A stretch of DNA of 64,000 nt from positions 2,256 to 66,255 of the forward strand of contig NZ_CAJXKH010000007.1 of the NCBI RefSeq assembly GCF_913055755.1, written 5' to 3'. The notes under the pieces were generated by a model. The model was not told the DNA's origin and did no database searches. It saw only the letters and a program-made list of their open reading frames with translations. Below are positions 1 to 10,784 of this stretch, one piece after another. The first letter of the stretch is position 1. Each line of letters opens with the position of its first letter. Made by a program: the position numbers and the translations under genes. The stretch is from an uncultured Microbulbifer sp. (GTDB lineage: Bacteria > Pseudomonadota > Gammaproteobacteria > Pseudomonadales > Cellvibrionaceae).

Positions 1-172
1 TAACCATCGCCAGCATCAGCCCAATAAGTCGCGCGGGCTCCCGCTGCTTGTCCGGCAGGCGGCCGACCAGGATGGAAATGAAGATGATATTGTCGATGCC
101 AAGTACAATTTCCAGCGCCGCCAGTGTCGCCAGTGCGACCCAGGCCTCCGGGCTCGCAATCCATTCAAACAT
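1..172 (-). CDS. TerC family membrane protein (5' part; runs off window)
   Basis: Manual translation from ATG at 172: MFEWIASPEAWVALATLAALEIVLGIDNIIFISILVGRLP, containing the TerC signature LEIVLGIDN; GGGGGA RBS upstream. Not in the ORF track. Confidence 0.9.
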   Translation of the reverse strand, partial: MFEWIASPEAWVALATLAALEIVLGIDNIIFISILVGRLPDKQREPARLIGLMLAMV

Positions 173-318
173 CCGTGTATTCCCCCTGTGTATGCAGATG
201 TTCAGAGATATATTTTCTGGCGGCCATTATACGAACGGCCCCTGCCTGACGACAGGGGCCGCAATCGAAAAAAGGTAGCTATACAGCGCCGGGGGCGGAG
301 GTAGGGGCGAGGCCTCCG

Positions 319-708
319 TCAGCTGTCCCCCTGCAGCCAGGCTTCAGCGGCTTCCCGGTTGTCGAACAGCTTTGCCTCACCGCCGATAAACCAGCTGCCC
401 ATTTTTGCGGCCACTTCCTGCCATTTTTCACTGCCGACCATCGCAATCCGGTTGAATTGACGCCCGTGCTTCACTCCCAGCTTGAGGTCGTCCCAGGCCG
501 CACGCATCTCCCAGCCTTCCAGCTCGCGCATATCCATCAACACGTCGATTTTAGGATGTTCCATACCGGCGATGGCGGACTCCAGCATGGGCACCAGGGT
601 TGCATAATCCTGGTGCTCCAGCTTGCCGCGCACGTGCATGGTAAGCAGCACGCGCTCGTCGCCAATGCGCTCGATGCTGACCGAAAAGCCGTGGTGAAAC
701 TCAGACAT
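319..708 (-). CDS. STAS/SEC14 (SpoIIAA-like) domain protein
   Basis: GKLEHQDY...LEGWEMRAAWDDLKLG...RIAMVG...AEAWL pattern typical of the SpoIIAA-like family. Confidence 0.85.
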   Translation of the reverse strand: MSEFHHGFSVSIERIGDERVLLTMHVRGKLEHQDYATLVPMLESAIAGMEHPKIDVLMDMRELEGWEMRAAWDDLKLGVKHGRQFNRIAMVGSEKWQEVAAKMGSWFIGGEAKLFDNREAAEAWLQGDS

Positions 709-776
709 GAATCAGTCTCCTGCGGAAAGGCCTACTGACTTGTAGGTATAGCCTGCAGGCTCGCGCGCGGCCACTC

Positions 777-1097
777 TCAGTGGGAGAGGATGTCGACAAT
801 CTCGTGGGTTGCGTGCACCAGGCGCACCAGTTCACCCTCGATACGCACGGTCACCAGGCCACGGCTGTCTACCGGATGTACGATTACCGCGTGGTTGTAG
901 ATGGCGTCCTCGAGGACATAGCCGCGACGCAGTTTTTTCTTCCAGCCCGGAGGCAGCTCACCGCCGCGATTGACCTTTTTCTGCAACCCCGGAGGGAGAT
1001 CACCGGACTTGTCCGGTTTGGCAACTGCCAGTCCGCTTCCGGAAACCAGGGTTGCCATCAATACTAGGGACATCACTGGGTGCTTTTTCATATTCAT
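777..1097 (-). CDS. Small secreted protein with LPPG-x-KK motifs (RcnB-like)
   Basis: Signal peptide followed by LPPGLQKK...LPPGWKKK; start codon uncertain (1097 or 1091). Confidence 0.7.
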   Translation of the reverse strand: MNMKKHPVMSLVLMATLVSGSGLAVAKPDKSGDLPPGLQKKVNRGGELPPGWKKKLRRGYVLEDAIYNHAVIVHPVDSRGLVTVRIEGELVRLVHATHEIVDILSH

Positions 1098-1328
1098 CTC
1101 TATATGGCTGATAGTGACGCTGCGAGAATACAACGCCGACCAGGTCCAGATCTGCGAGGTCGTTCATGGCTTTGCGATCGAGGCCCCTATGCTGTATCTG
1201 CGAATACTGCCTGCACCAGGCTGTACCCAGCCTGAATCGCAGCTGTCCACTTCCCAAATCAAATCACAAAAAAGGGCCGCGATTGCGGCCCAAAGGAGTC
1301 AAATTCAGCTCTTTACAGGGATCGGGAA

Positions 1329-2834
1329 TCAGCTGATATCGATCCAGGTGGATTTCAGCTCACAGTACTTGTCCAGCGCGTGCAGGGACTTGTCGCGGCC
1401 GTTACCGGACTGCTTGAAGCCGCCGAAGGGCACGGTGATATCGCCACCGAAGTAGTTGTTGACCCACACGGAACCGGCGCGAATGTCCCGCGCCAGGCGG
1501 TGCGCGCGACCGATGTCTTTGGTCCACACCCCGGAGGCAAGACCGTAGATGGAGTCGTTGGCGATCGCCAGGGCCTGCTCTTCGGTCTCGAACTCGATCA
1601 CCGACAGCACCGGGCCGAAAATTTCCTCGCGGGCAATTTTCATGTCGCCGTTCACACCCTTGAAAATGGTCGGCTCGTAGTAGTGGCCACCCTCCACGGC
1701 CGCTGCGGGCTTGCCACCGCAAACCAGTTGCGCGCCCTGCTCCAGGCCCTTGGCCACGTAGAATTCCACCGTGTCGAACTGACTCTGGTCGATCAACGCA
1801 CCCATGACCGTGTTGGGGTCCTGCGGGTGGCCCGGCTTGAAGCGCTCGGAGGCCTTTTTCACTTTTTCGATAAAGGTGTCGGCAATGCCTTTTTCAACCA
1901 GCAGGCGGGTGCCGGCGGTACAGGTCTCGCCCTGGTTGTAGAACACCGCCAGCGCCGCAGCCTCGGCGGCCTTGTCCAGGTCCGCATCCGCGAACACGAT
2001 GTTGGGGCTCTTGCCACCCAGCTCGAGGAAGGTGCGCTTAAGGTTGGACTGGCCGGAGTACTCGGTCAGGGTCTTGCCCACCTCGGTGGAGCCGGTAAAG
2101 GTCAGGCAGTCGATATCCATGTGCAGGCCCAGGGCCTTGCCCAGGCTGCTGCCCGGCCCCGGCAGTACGTTCAGCACGCCATCCGGCAGTCCGGCCTGTT
2201 TCGCCAGCCCCGCCAGCTTGAGCGCGGTCAGCGGGGTATTCGAAGCGGGCTTGACGATCACGCTGTTACCGGTGGCCAGTGCCGGGCCCAGCTTCCACGC
2301 GGTGGTGGAGAGCGGGAAGTTCCACGGCACGATGGCCGCCACCACCCCCAGGGGCATGCGGGTGATCAGGCCAATTTCTGTGGGACCGGTGGGGGCGATC
2401 TCGTCGTAGATCTTGTCGATGGCCTCGGCATTCCAGCGGATGGTGGTCACCGCACCGGGCACGTCCACATTCATAGTGTCGCTGATCGGCTTGCCCGCAT
2501 CGAGGCTTTCCAGCAGTGCAATCTCCACCTTGTTCTGTTCGATCAACTCGGCAAAGCGCACCAGGATCTTTTTGCGCTCCATGGGCGGCATGTGGGACCA
2601 GACGCCGGATTCGAAGGTATCGCGGGCCACCTTCACCGCGCGCTCGGCATCTTCCGGGCCACAGCTGGCGACCTGTGCCAGCTCGCGGCCGTCGGCAGGG
2701 CTGGTGGTGGCGCGGGTATTGCCGGACAGGGCATCGACGTATTCACCGTTGATGAACGCGCGGCCCTCGATCTCCAGGTCGGCGGCCAGCGCCTGCCATT
2801 CCTGCAGGGTTTGCGGGATTTGTTGTTCTGCCAT
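1329..2834 (-). CDS. Aldehyde dehydrogenase, PuuC-like (gamma-glutamyl-gamma-aminobutyraldehyde dehydrogenase family)
   Basis: PWNFP, FTGSTEVG, LELGGKSP, catalytic Cys in NQGETCTAG, EEIFGPV, PFGGFKQSGNGRDKSLHA; GAGGTG RBS before ATG 2834. Confidence 0.9.
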   Translation of the reverse strand: MAEQQIPQTLQEWQALAADLEIEGRAFINGEYVDALSGNTRATTSPADGRELAQVASCGPEDAERAVKVARDTFESGVWSHMPPMERKKILVRFAELIEQNKVEIALLESLDAGKPISDTMNVDVPGAVTTIRWNAEAIDKIYDEIAPTGPTEIGLITRMPLGVVAAIVPWNFPLSTTAWKLGPALATGNSVIVKPASNTPLTALKLAGLAKQAGLPDGVLNVLPGPGSSLGKALGLHMDIDCLTFTGSTEVGKTLTEYSGQSNLKRTFLELGGKSPNIVFADADLDKAAEAAALAVFYNQGETCTAGTRLLVEKGIADTFIEKVKKASERFKPGHPQDPNTVMGALIDQSQFDTVEFYVAKGLEQGAQLVCGGKPAAAVEGGHYYEPTIFKGVNGDMKIAREEIFGPVLSVIEFETEEQALAIANDSIYGLASGVWTKDIGRAHRLARDIRAGSVWVNNYFGGDITVPFGGFKQSGNGRDKSLHALDKYCELKSTWIDIS

Positions 2835-2868
2835 GGCACACCTCAATTCTCGGTTAACAGGTTAAAAC

Positions 2869-2906
2869 TGAATGATTATTCAATTTATACCTAAAATGTG
2901 ATCACA
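2869..2906. promoter_or_regulatory. Two palindromes upstream of the aldehyde dehydrogenase (candidate operators)
   Basis: TGAAT-GATT-ATTCA (2869-2882) and TGTGATCACA (2897-2906) in an AT-rich leader. Confidence 0.35.
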
Positions 2907-3065
2907 AATCAAAGAGAAGCAGAGGGTATCAGTGTAGTCTGCGACTGTGTAGGTTTTTCAGCGGGATCGGGAGGACCGGTGCGCCAGCCAGTCCTGCGGG
3001 AGAAGTCCCGCAGGCGGTGACCGGAGCGACCCGGGGGTGCAAACCGGTCGTTGCGACTCGACGGC

Positions 3066-3590
3066 TCAGATGGCTTCGAAAGTGCCGGTCTCGAGGTTCT
3101 TGCGCGCACCGGGAATGGCAAAAACGCGGTTGTGGAAGGCGATATAGAAGCCGGGTTCCATCAGCCGTGCGGCCAGCAGTGCCTCGGTGACATTCTGGCG
3201 GGCGTCGGAGTCGATAAAGCCCATGGGCTTCATGGCGCCGGTAAATACCACGGGCACCTTGGGGGTCCCCATCCGCTTGTAGCAGTACTCGGCGGTGACG
3301 GACATGGTGTCGGTGCCATGCAGCACCACGATGGGATCCCCTTCTTCGGCGGTACGGGCGATGGCGCTGCAGATCTGCATGCGGTCACTGTCGTCCATTT
3401 CCAGCGAGTCCTTGTTGAGGACGCTTTCCAGCTCGAGATGGGTATATGGCAGACGCAGGCTGGCAATCAGGCCATCGCGAATAATCGAGGCCCGGTTCTT
3501 GAGCGTGCCCTCGGCTTCACAGTAGCTCTTTTCGATAGTGCCACCGGTGGTGAGGATGCGGATGGTGGTCTTCTGGTTGAGATCTGTCAT
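3066..3590 (-). CDS. Short asparaginase-domain protein
   Basis: TTGGTI and HGTDTM asparaginase motifs, VFTGAM. Confidence 0.9.
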   Translation of the reverse strand: MTDLNQKTTIRILTTGGTIEKSYCEAEGTLKNRASIIRDGLIASLRLPYTHLELESVLNKDSLEMDDSDRMQICSAIARTAEEGDPIVVLHGTDTMSVTAEYCYKRMGTPKVPVVFTGAMKPMGFIDSDARQNVTEALLAARLMEPGFYIAFHNRVFAIPGARKNLETGTFEAI

Positions 3591-3710
3591 CGTTTTTCCC
3601 GCAGTATGAGTATGAATGCGCGCATCTTAGTGGGGGTTTTGGAATGGGACAATCTTAGTTTGCCGGTACTCCTGCGCCACCACACCAGCTAAAGAAATAA
3701 CGGGCTGCAA

Positions 3711-4373
3711 TCAGACCACCGAAGTCTCCACCCGCAACCAGTCCTCCTCCAGCCCCATGGCAATCCGGTCCCCGGCGAGCAGCTCCCCCACTCCCGCAGG
3801 GGTGCCGGTCAGCACCACATCCCCCGGCAACAGGGTGAAATAGCTGCTGATATACGCCACCAGATCCAGGATCGGCGTCAGCATATGGTTGGACTTGCCG
3901 CGCTGGCGGACCTCGTCGTTCAGCCACAGGGTGTAGGTCAGGTTGTCCCAGTCCGGCAGCCAGTCCAGCTTCACGAACGGCGACAGCGGACAGGCGCCGT
4001 CAAAGCCCTTGGCCTTCTCCCACGGCTGGCCCTGTTTTTTCAGGTCCGACTGCAGTTCCCGCAGGGTCAGGTCCAGCGCCAGGCCGAGTCCGGCAATGGC
4101 CGGGGGAACGTCCGCTGCATTGGCATCCGTCAGCCGCTCGCCAATCAACAGCGCCAGCTCACCCTCGAAGTGACAACTGCCCCGCCCCCGCGGCAAATGC
4201 ACCGGGCGCGCCATGGGTACCGCCGCGGTTGCCGGCTTGATGAACAGCAACGGCTCCTCCGGAACCGGGTTATTCAGCTCCTCCGCGTGGGCAGCGTAGT
4301 TGCGCCCGACGCACACAATCTTGCGCAGAGGCAGGTCTACAGGAGAATTGCAGGTGAATTGATGTCGATACAT
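3711..4373 (-). CDS. Fumarylacetoacetate hydrolase family protein (YcgM-like)
   Basis: KIVCVGRNYAAH, HFEGELA, WEKAKGFD, LLPGDVVLTGTPAGVG. Confidence 0.92.
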   Translation of the reverse strand: MYRHQFTCNSPVDLPLRKIVCVGRNYAAHAEELNNPVPEEPLLFIKPATAAVPMARPVHLPRGRGSCHFEGELALLIGERLTDANAADVPPAIAGLGLALDLTLRELQSDLKKQGQPWEKAKGFDGACPLSPFVKLDWLPDWDNLTYTLWLNDEVRQRGKSNHMLTPILDLVAYISSYFTLLPGDVVLTGTPAGVGELLAGDRIAMGLEEDWLRVETSVV

Positions 4374-4536
4374 AACCAAATTCGATACCTAGGATAGATA
4401 TTGCGTATAAAGCTTTGGAAAGCCCTTGTGGTATGATGCCGCCCTCGCCGGGACCCCGGCGGTCTTCAATTGATTGTTCTATTTCCGCTAATCTGCCGCG
4501 GTGACTTCTCCACCGCGCACGGCCAAGAGATCCGTT

Positions 4537-5769
4537 ATGGCTCCACAGATTTCCCTCAAGAAAGACAAAATCCGCATTCTGCTACTGGAAGGCGTTCACC
4601 AGTCCGCGGTGGATCTGCTGTCTTCCCGCGGCTACACCAACGTTGAATATATCAAGACCGCGCTGCCGGAAGAGCAACTGATCGAGAAGATTGCCGACGC
4701 GCACTTTGTCGGGATTCGCTCCCGCACCCAGCTTACCCGCAAGGTACTGGAGAGCGCCAACAAGCTGATCGCCGTGGGCTGTTTCTGTATCGGCACCAAC
4801 CAGGTAGACCTGCAGGCCGCTACCGAGCTGGGTATCGCGGTGTTCAACGCCCCCTACTCCAACACCCGAAGCGTAGCCGAGCTGGTGATCGCCGAGGCCA
4901 TCATGCTGCTGCGCGGCATCCCCGAGAAGAACATGGTCTGCCACCGCGGCGGCTGGCAGAAGTCCGCGGTGGGCTCCTACGAGGCCCGCGGCAAGACCCT
5001 GGGGATTATCGGCTACGGCGCCATCGGCTCGCAGACCTCTGTGCTGGCGGAAGGTATCGGCATGCGGGTGATCTTCTTCGACGTGGTCACCAAACTGCCC
5101 CTGGGCAATGCCACCCAGGTGAACAGCCTCGACGAGCTGCTGGCGCAGTCCGACGTGGTCTCCCTGCACGTGCCGGAACTGCCGTCCACCAAGTGGATGA
5201 TCGGCGCCGAGCAGATCGCCAAGATGAAGAAGGGTGCCATCCTGTTGAATGCGTCCCGCGGCACCGTGGTGGAGATCGAGCCCCTGGCGGAAGCCCTCAA
5301 GAGCGGTCACCTGGCAGCCACCGCCATCGATGTGTTCCCGGTGGAGCCCCGCGGCAATGACGACGAGTTCGTGTCCCCGCTGCGCGGCCTCGACAACGCG
5401 CTGCTGACCCCGCATATCGGCGGTTCGACGGTAGAAGCCCAGGAAAATATCGGCGTGGAGGTTTCCGACAAGCTGGCGCTGTATTCCGACAACGGCACCA
5501 CAACCAGCTCGGTAAACTTCCCGGAAGTTGCCCTGCCGGGCCATGCTGGCGCACACCGCCTGCTGCACATCCACAAGAATGTGCCCGGCGTACTGGGGGC
5601 GATCAACCAGGTGTTCTCCGACAACGGCATCAACATCTCCGCCCAGTTCCTGCAGACCAATGAATCTGTGGGTTATGTGGTGATCGATGTGGACGCCGAG
5701 TACTCTGACCTGGCGCTGGAAAAGCTGAAGAACATCCCCGGCACCCTGCGCTGCCGCGTGTTGTTCTGA
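4537..5769 (+). CDS. serA: D-3-phosphoglycerate dehydrogenase
   Basis: GIRSRT, GCFCIGTNQVDL, GYGAIG NAD-binding motif, TPHIGGST, C-terminal ACT domain. Confidence 0.97.
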   Translation: MAPQISLKKDKIRILLLEGVHQSAVDLLSSRGYTNVEYIKTALPEEQLIEKIADAHFVGIRSRTQLTRKVLESANKLIAVGCFCIGTNQVDLQAATELGIAVFNAPYSNTRSVAELVIAEAIMLLRGIPEKNMVCHRGGWQKSAVGSYEARGKTLGIIGYGAIGSQTSVLAEGIGMRVIFFDVVTKLPLGNATQVNSLDELLAQSDVVSLHVPELPSTKWMIGAEQIAKMKKGAILLNASRGTVVEIEPLAEALKSGHLAATAIDVFPVEPRGNDDEFVSPLRGLDNALLTPHIGGSTVEAQENIGVEVSDKLALYSDNGTTTSSVNFPEVALPGHAGAHRLLHIHKNVPGVLGAINQVFSDNGINISAQFLQTNESVGYVVIDVDAEYSDLALEKLKNIPGTLRCRVLF

Positions 5770-5825
5770 GGCGCGACTTTCCAACCCGGCTCTGACGGCC
5801 GGCACTGCCGTCTGTTAGACTCCGC

Positions 5826-5879
5826 AACCCGGGCAGTACTGCGCTACAGCGCAGTACTGCCCGGGTTTCTTTTTCTTTT
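5826..5879 (+). terminator. Long perfect hairpin plus T-rich tract after serA
   Basis: AACCCGGGCAGTACTGCGC-TACA-GCGCAGTACTGCCCGGGTT followed by TCTTTTTCTTTT. Confidence 0.75.
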
Positions 5880-5952
5880 CTCCCTGACTGACCGGCCCGA
5901 TGATTTGCCGTGCAACGAATTTTCGCTGTACACAGGGCCAGGGGTATCTCCA

Positions 5953-6867
5953 GTGCAAAACCAGAATTCCGATACTGCTGCCACGGGCCTGCTGGCCGGC
6001 ATGGGTGCCTACCTCATCTGGGGCTTCGCGCCGCTGTACTTCAAGTTGCTCAGCGACCTCTCGGCAACGGAGATCCTGAGCCACCGCAGTATCTGGTCGC
6101 TGGTACTGGCACTGATCCTGCTCGCGGTACTGGGCAAGCTCTCGGGCCTGCGCGAGGTACTGGGTTCCGGTAAAACCGTTGCCGCGCTGGTCCTTTCCAC
6201 CGCACTGATCAGTACCAACTGGCTGATCTTTATCTGGTCAGTGACCAACAACCACCTGCTGGATGCCAGCCTCGGCTATTACATCAATCCGCTGATCAGT
6301 GTATTGCTGGGCGTGGTGGTACTGGGCGAGCGGTTGCGCCCGATGCAATGGCTGGCGGTGCTACTGGCGGCGGCGGGCATTGCCTATGAGCTGTGGCAGT
6401 TCGGGCGCCTGCCCATGGTTGCCCTCGGGGTGGCGCTGACCTTTGGTTTTTACGGGCTGGTGCGCAAGAAGACCCCGGTGGACAGCCTTACCGGGCTGAC
6501 GGTGGAAACACTGTTCCTGCTGCCGCTGGCGGTCGGCTTCCTGTTCTGGACCAGCAGCCCCACCAGCAATCTGCTGGACAATTCCTGGCAGCTGAACGCC
6601 CTGCTGCTGGCCGCGGGCCCGATTACCCTGACACCGCTGCTGCTGTTCAATATCGCCGCGCGCCGGCTGAACCTGTCGACCCTCGGGTTCCTGCAGTACC
6701 TGGGGCCAACCCTGATGTTTTTCTTCGCCACCCTGATCTACAAAGAGCCTTTCGACAGCAGCAAACTGGTCACATTCATTTTTGTGTGGGTAGCCCTGGG
6801 GTTCTATTCCGCGGACGCACTGCTGCAGCGGCGCAAGCTGCGCGCCCTGCGCAAACGGGCCGTTTGA
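5953..6867 (+). CDS. rarD: EamA family transporter RarD
   Basis: AYLIWG..PLYFK, EILSHR, ASLGYYINPL, GFLQYLGPT; GTG start inferred. Confidence 0.92.
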   Translation: MQNQNSDTAATGLLAGMGAYLIWGFAPLYFKLLSDLSATEILSHRSIWSLVLALILLAVLGKLSGLREVLGSGKTVAALVLSTALISTNWLIFIWSVTNNHLLDASLGYYINPLISVLLGVVVLGERLRPMQWLAVLLAAAGIAYELWQFGRLPMVALGVALTFGFYGLVRKKTPVDSLTGLTVETLFLLPLAVGFLFWTSSPTSNLLDNSWQLNALLLAAGPITLTPLLLFNIAARRLNLSTLGFLQYLGPTLMFFFATLIYKEPFDSSKLVTFIFVWVALGFYSADALLQRRKLRALRKRAV

Positions 6868-6877
6868 CTACTGCGAT

Positions 6878-7855
6878 CTAATCCGCGAGCCAATCGTCGA
6901 GGGCCTGCAGGATCTGCTTTCGGTACGGCTGGGTTTCGTTGATCATCTGGTGGCGTGCACCGCGCACGATGACCCGTTTGCTATTGGGAAAGCGCTCGCG
7001 AATGACGCGCATGTTGTAGCGCCAGTCCACGGTTTCATCATCGGTGCCCTGCACCACCAGAATCTTTTTCGGGTTCTGCGCGGTTTTCGGGAAGGTCTTC
7101 AGCCAGTCCACCATCGCACCCAGCCAGCGGATCGACATCACCGGAGACTGCAGCGGGTCGCGATGTGCCTGGCGGCGCGCGAATTCCGCATCGTGGGTAT
7201 TGATATTAAAGCCGCGGTTGGGGTGCGGCATCAGGTAGCGGCCGAGATAAAACATCCACTTGCGCAGGTGCCAGCGCGCCGGTCGCACCAGCGGCGCCAG
7301 CAGCATGACCTTGGCGAACGGTTGCCACTGGCTGAACTGCATATACACCAGCAGCGCCGCGCCGCCGGTACTCTGCCCCATGGCGTGCCACGGCCCGGGC
7401 ATTTTCCCCCTCGCCTTGCGCAGCAGTACATCCAGTGACTCCCGGTACTGCAGGAAGGTGTCGATAGCCACCGGCTCGCCGCTGGACAGGCCGTGGCCGG
7501 GGAAGTCGAAAATCACCACGTTGTAGCCCCGCTCCAGGCCGAAGCGTACCGCAGCGCCGTAGATACCGGTATGGTCGAAATAACCGTGACAGATAAACAG
7601 GGTGCCCCTGGGGTTTTCCACCAGCCAGTACTGCGCGACCAGTTCAAAGCCGGCGGCCTTGAAGGTACCGATGCCGGTGCCTGAGGCTTCGTCAAAATTG
7701 AGGCGGTAGAAATTGCGGTAGGAGATGACGGATTCGGGGAGGGGCTGGCTGCAGCAAAAGTTCAGCTCCGGCAACTGCTGGCGCAACGCGGAATAATCCG
7801 GACGACGGATTACCGGGCCGGGGTCGACGGTATTGAGTTCTTGCAGCAGGTCCAT
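6878..7855 (-). CDS. Alpha/beta hydrolase (lysophospholipase-like)
   Basis: HGYFDH, DFPGHGLSSG, nucleophile GQSTGG, QGTDDETVD, ARHQMINE. Confidence 0.88.
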   Translation of the reverse strand: MDLLQELNTVDPGPVIRRPDYSALRQQLPELNFCCSQPLPESVISYRNFYRLNFDEASGTGIGTFKAAGFELVAQYWLVENPRGTLFICHGYFDHTGIYGAAVRFGLERGYNVVIFDFPGHGLSSGEPVAIDTFLQYRESLDVLLRKARGKMPGPWHAMGQSTGGAALLVYMQFSQWQPFAKVMLLAPLVRPARWHLRKWMFYLGRYLMPHPNRGFNINTHDAEFARRQAHRDPLQSPVMSIRWLGAMVDWLKTFPKTAQNPKKILVVQGTDDETVDWRYNMRVIRERFPNSKRVIVRGARHQMINETQPYRKQILQALDDWLAD

Positions 7856-7951
7856 GACTCAATACTACTGCATTTTGCGGAAGGGAACGAAAAAGGGCGA
7901 ACCTGGACTTTGCAGAACAAGTTCGCCCTTCTCACACACCTGACCAGAGGA

Positions 7952-9016
7952 TCAGACGATTTTCGGCTTCAGCTCACCGCTGTCGTAGCGCTGGTGCATA
8001 TCGTCCAGGCTGATCGCTTTGATCTTGCTGGCATTGCCGGCGGTATTGAAGGCTTCGTAGCGCGCCACGCAGATATCCTTCATGGCCTGGGTGGTGGCCT
8101 TGAGGAATTTGCGCGGATCGAACTCGGACGGGTTCTGGGCCAGGAAACGGCGAACCGCACCGGTGCTCGCCAGACGCAGGTCGGTATCGATATTGACCTT
8201 GCGCACGCCGTGCTTGATGCCTTCGCAAATCTGCTCGACCGGTACACCGTAGGTTTCCGGAATCTCGCCACCGAACTCGTTGATTACCTTCAGCCACTCC
8301 TGCGGTACAGAAGAGGAACCGTGCATCACCAGGTGGGTGTCGGGAATCCGCGCGTGGATTTCCTTGATGCGGTCGATGGCAAGGATGTCACCAGTAGGCG
8401 GACGGGTGAACTTGTAGGCACCGTGGCTGGTACCACAGGCAATCGCCAGGGCATCCACCTGAGTCTTCTGTACGAAATCCGCCGCTTCTTCCGGATCGGT
8501 CAGCAGCTGGTCGTGGGACAGCTTGCCCTCGGCGCCGACACCGTCTTCCTCACCGGCCATACCGGTTTCCAGAGAGCCCAGGCAGCCCAGCTCACCTTCC
8601 ACGGAAACACCACAGGCGTGCGCCATTTCCACCGCGCGCCGGGTCACGTCGACATTGTAGTCGTAGGACGCCGGGGTCTTGCCGTCTTCCATCAGCGAGC
8701 CGTCCATCATCACCGAGCTGAAACCCAGCTGGATGGAACGCTGGCACACCGCGGGGCTGGTGCCGTGGTCCTGATGCATCACCACCGGGATATGCGGAAA
8801 TTCCTCGACCGCCGCCAGGATCAGGTGGCGCAGGAAGGGAGCACCGGCATATTTACGCGCGCCGGCGGACGCCTGCACGATCACCGGGGAGTCGGTTTCC
8901 TGTGCGGCCTCCATGATCGCGCGCATCTGCTCCAGGTTATTGACGTTAAACGCGGGCACGCCGTAGCCGTGTTCGGCGGCGTGGTCCAACAGTTGACGCA
9001 AGCTGATTAAAGCCAT
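7952..9016 (-). CDS. fba: Fructose-bisphosphate aldolase class II
   Basis: [41 protein letters not shown]. Confidence 0.97.
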   Translation of the reverse strand: MALISLRQLLDHAAEHGYGVPAFNVNNLEQMRAIMEAAQETDSPVIVQASAGARKYAGAPFLRHLILAAVEEFPHIPVVMHQDHGTSPAVCQRSIQLGFSSVMMDGSLMEDGKTPASYDYNVDVTRRAVEMAHACGVSVEGELGCLGSLETGMAGEEDGVGAEGKLSHDQLLTDPEEAADFVQKTQVDALAIACGTSHGAYKFTRPPTGDILAIDRIKEIHARIPDTHLVMHGSSSVPQEWLKVINEFGGEIPETYGVPVEQICEGIKHGVRKVNIDTDLRLASTGAVRRFLAQNPSEFDPRKFLKATTQAMKDICVARYEAFNTAGNASKIKAISLDDMHQRYDSGELKPKIV

Positions 9017-9164
9017 GAAAAAGCCCTTTCTCGTCGATTTTTAGCTGGTAATGGGTACAACTTGTGTGCGATTCCTGAGCCACGGGCCCGGTCGCATCAA
9101 TTTTAGTTATGAATGCTACATCTGAGCGGGGTGAAGCAGACTTCCCGACTAGGACGCCAACTCC

Positions 9165-9246
9165 ACCCCGATACTCTTTACCTCGATACTCTTTTATCCT
9201 GGGTACTCTTTTACCCCGGGTACTCTTCTATCCCGGGTACTCGTCA
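9165..9246. repeat. Degenerate tandem repeat, about 5 units of 15-17 bp, in the pgk-fba intergenic region
   Basis: ACCCCGATACTCTTT / ACCTCGATACTCTTTT / ATCCTGGGTACTCTTTT / ACCCCGGGTACTCTTCT / ATCCCGGGTACTCGTC. Confidence 0.8.
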
Positions 9247-9261
9247 GCCCGGAGTGAAACT

Positions 9262-10425
9262 TTAGTCGTTTGCGCGGGACTCCAGCATCGCCACTGCCGG
9301 CAGCACCTTGCCCTCCACGTATTCGAGGAAAGCGCCGCCACCGGTAGAAATGTAGGAAACCTGCTCGGCAATACCGTACTTGTCCACTGCGGCCAGGGTG
9401 TCACCGCCACCGGCGATGGAGAAGGCATCGCTGTCGGCGATGGCCCTGGAAAGGCGCTCGGTACCGCCGCCAAACTGGTCGAATTCGAATACACCGACCG
9501 GGCCATTCCAGATGATAGTCTTGGCGCTTTTCAGGATATCCGCCAGCGCTGCCGAGGAATCCGGGCCGATATCGAAGATCATGTCGTCATCCACCACCGC
9601 ATCCGCAGACTTGGTTTCCGCCGCCGCGGATTCGCTGAATTCCTTGCCGGTTACCACGTCGGTGGGCACCGGAATGTCGCACTTCTGCATCAGGCTCCTG
9701 GCCGTGTCGACCAGGTCGTGCTCACACAGGGATTTGCCCACCGGCTTGCCGCTGGCTGCCAGGAAGGTATTGGCGATGCCGCCACCGACGATCAACTGAT
9801 CCACCTTGTCGGACAGGCTCTCCAGCACGGTCAGCTTGGTGGAGACCTTGGAACCACCCACAATGGCCACCATCGGGCGCGCCGGATTCGCCAGCGCTTT
9901 TTCCAGTGCATCCAGCTCCGCAGCCAGCAGCGGGCCGGCACAGGCAACCGGGGCAAACCTGGCCACCCCGTGGGTGGAGGCCTGGGCGCGGTGTGCGGTA
10001 CCGAAGGCGTCCATCACGAATACATCGCACAGCGCGGCGTATTGCTTGGCCAGGCTCTCGTCGTCTTTCTTCTCGCCCTTGTTGAAGCGCACGTTTTCCA
10101 GCAGCGCCACGTCACCTTCTGCAATTTCCACGCCGTTGTGCCAGTCCGCGATCACCGGCACGTCTTTGCCCAGCAGCTTGCCGAGGTGGGCGGCTACCGG
10201 CGCCAGGGAGAACTCTTCCGCGTACTCCCCTTCGGTGGGGCGGCCCAGGTGGGACATCAGCAGGACCTTGGCTCCTGCCTCGCTGGCGGCCTTGATGGTG
10301 GGGAGTGCCGCGCGGATGCGCGCATCGGAAGTCACGACCCCGTCTTTCACCGGAACATTCAGGTCTTCGCGGATCAATACGCGCTTGCCCGCCAGATCCA
10401 GGTCCTTCATCAATTTAACCGCCAT
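9262..10425 (-). CDS. pgk: Phosphoglycerate kinase
   Basis: [55 protein letters not shown]. Confidence 0.98.
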   Translation of the reverse strand: MAVKLMKDLDLAGKRVLIREDLNVPVKDGVVTSDARIRAALPTIKAASEAGAKVLLMSHLGRPTEGEYAEEFSLAPVAAHLGKLLGKDVPVIADWHNGVEIAEGDVALLENVRFNKGEKKDDESLAKQYAALCDVFVMDAFGTAHRAQASTHGVARFAPVACAGPLLAAELDALEKALANPARPMVAIVGGSKVSTKLTVLESLSDKVDQLIVGGGIANTFLAASGKPVGKSLCEHDLVDTARSLMQKCDIPVPTDVVTGKEFSESAAAETKSADAVVDDDMIFDIGPDSSAALADILKSAKTIIWNGPVGVFEFDQFGGGTERLSRAIADSDAFSIAGGGDTLAAVDKYGIAEQVSYISTGGGAFLEYVEGKVLPAVAMLESRAND

Positions 10426-10784
10426 AGCCAATCCTCGTTTGCTGGTTGCTGAATACTCACTTACCCCCGACCTCAGCGGCCGGGGAGCGGGCGCGGATTA
10501 TACGCGGTTGCGCTCGCCACTGCCCACAGCATCCAGTTCCCCTGTGGCAACGGTGTACCGGGCAAACTGGTCAGGCCGGGAGTATATCAACCCGTTGTGT
10601 AATTGGATTACGACAGAGCCCCTATAACCCCTTGATAGCGTTGTCATTTTTACAAGATCCGGCCATTTGCAGACCGGGGTTACCCGCGGGCCCCGGTTCC
10701 GCCAATATTGTTCCGGATCGCGAGGACTCCTACCATTGCCGGACAGCCTTTAATTTCGCATTCACGAGACCGGGAACCCTGCGG

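Noticed and set aside
173-318. yybP-ykoY manganese riboswitch upstream of the TerC-family gene
   Set aside because: Only a simple GGCCCCTG/CAGGGGCC hairpin is present; the conserved riboswitch motifs were not seen.
9165-9246. Possible CRISPR array
   Set aside because: Units are adjacent and short, with no unique spacers, and there are no cas genes in the window.
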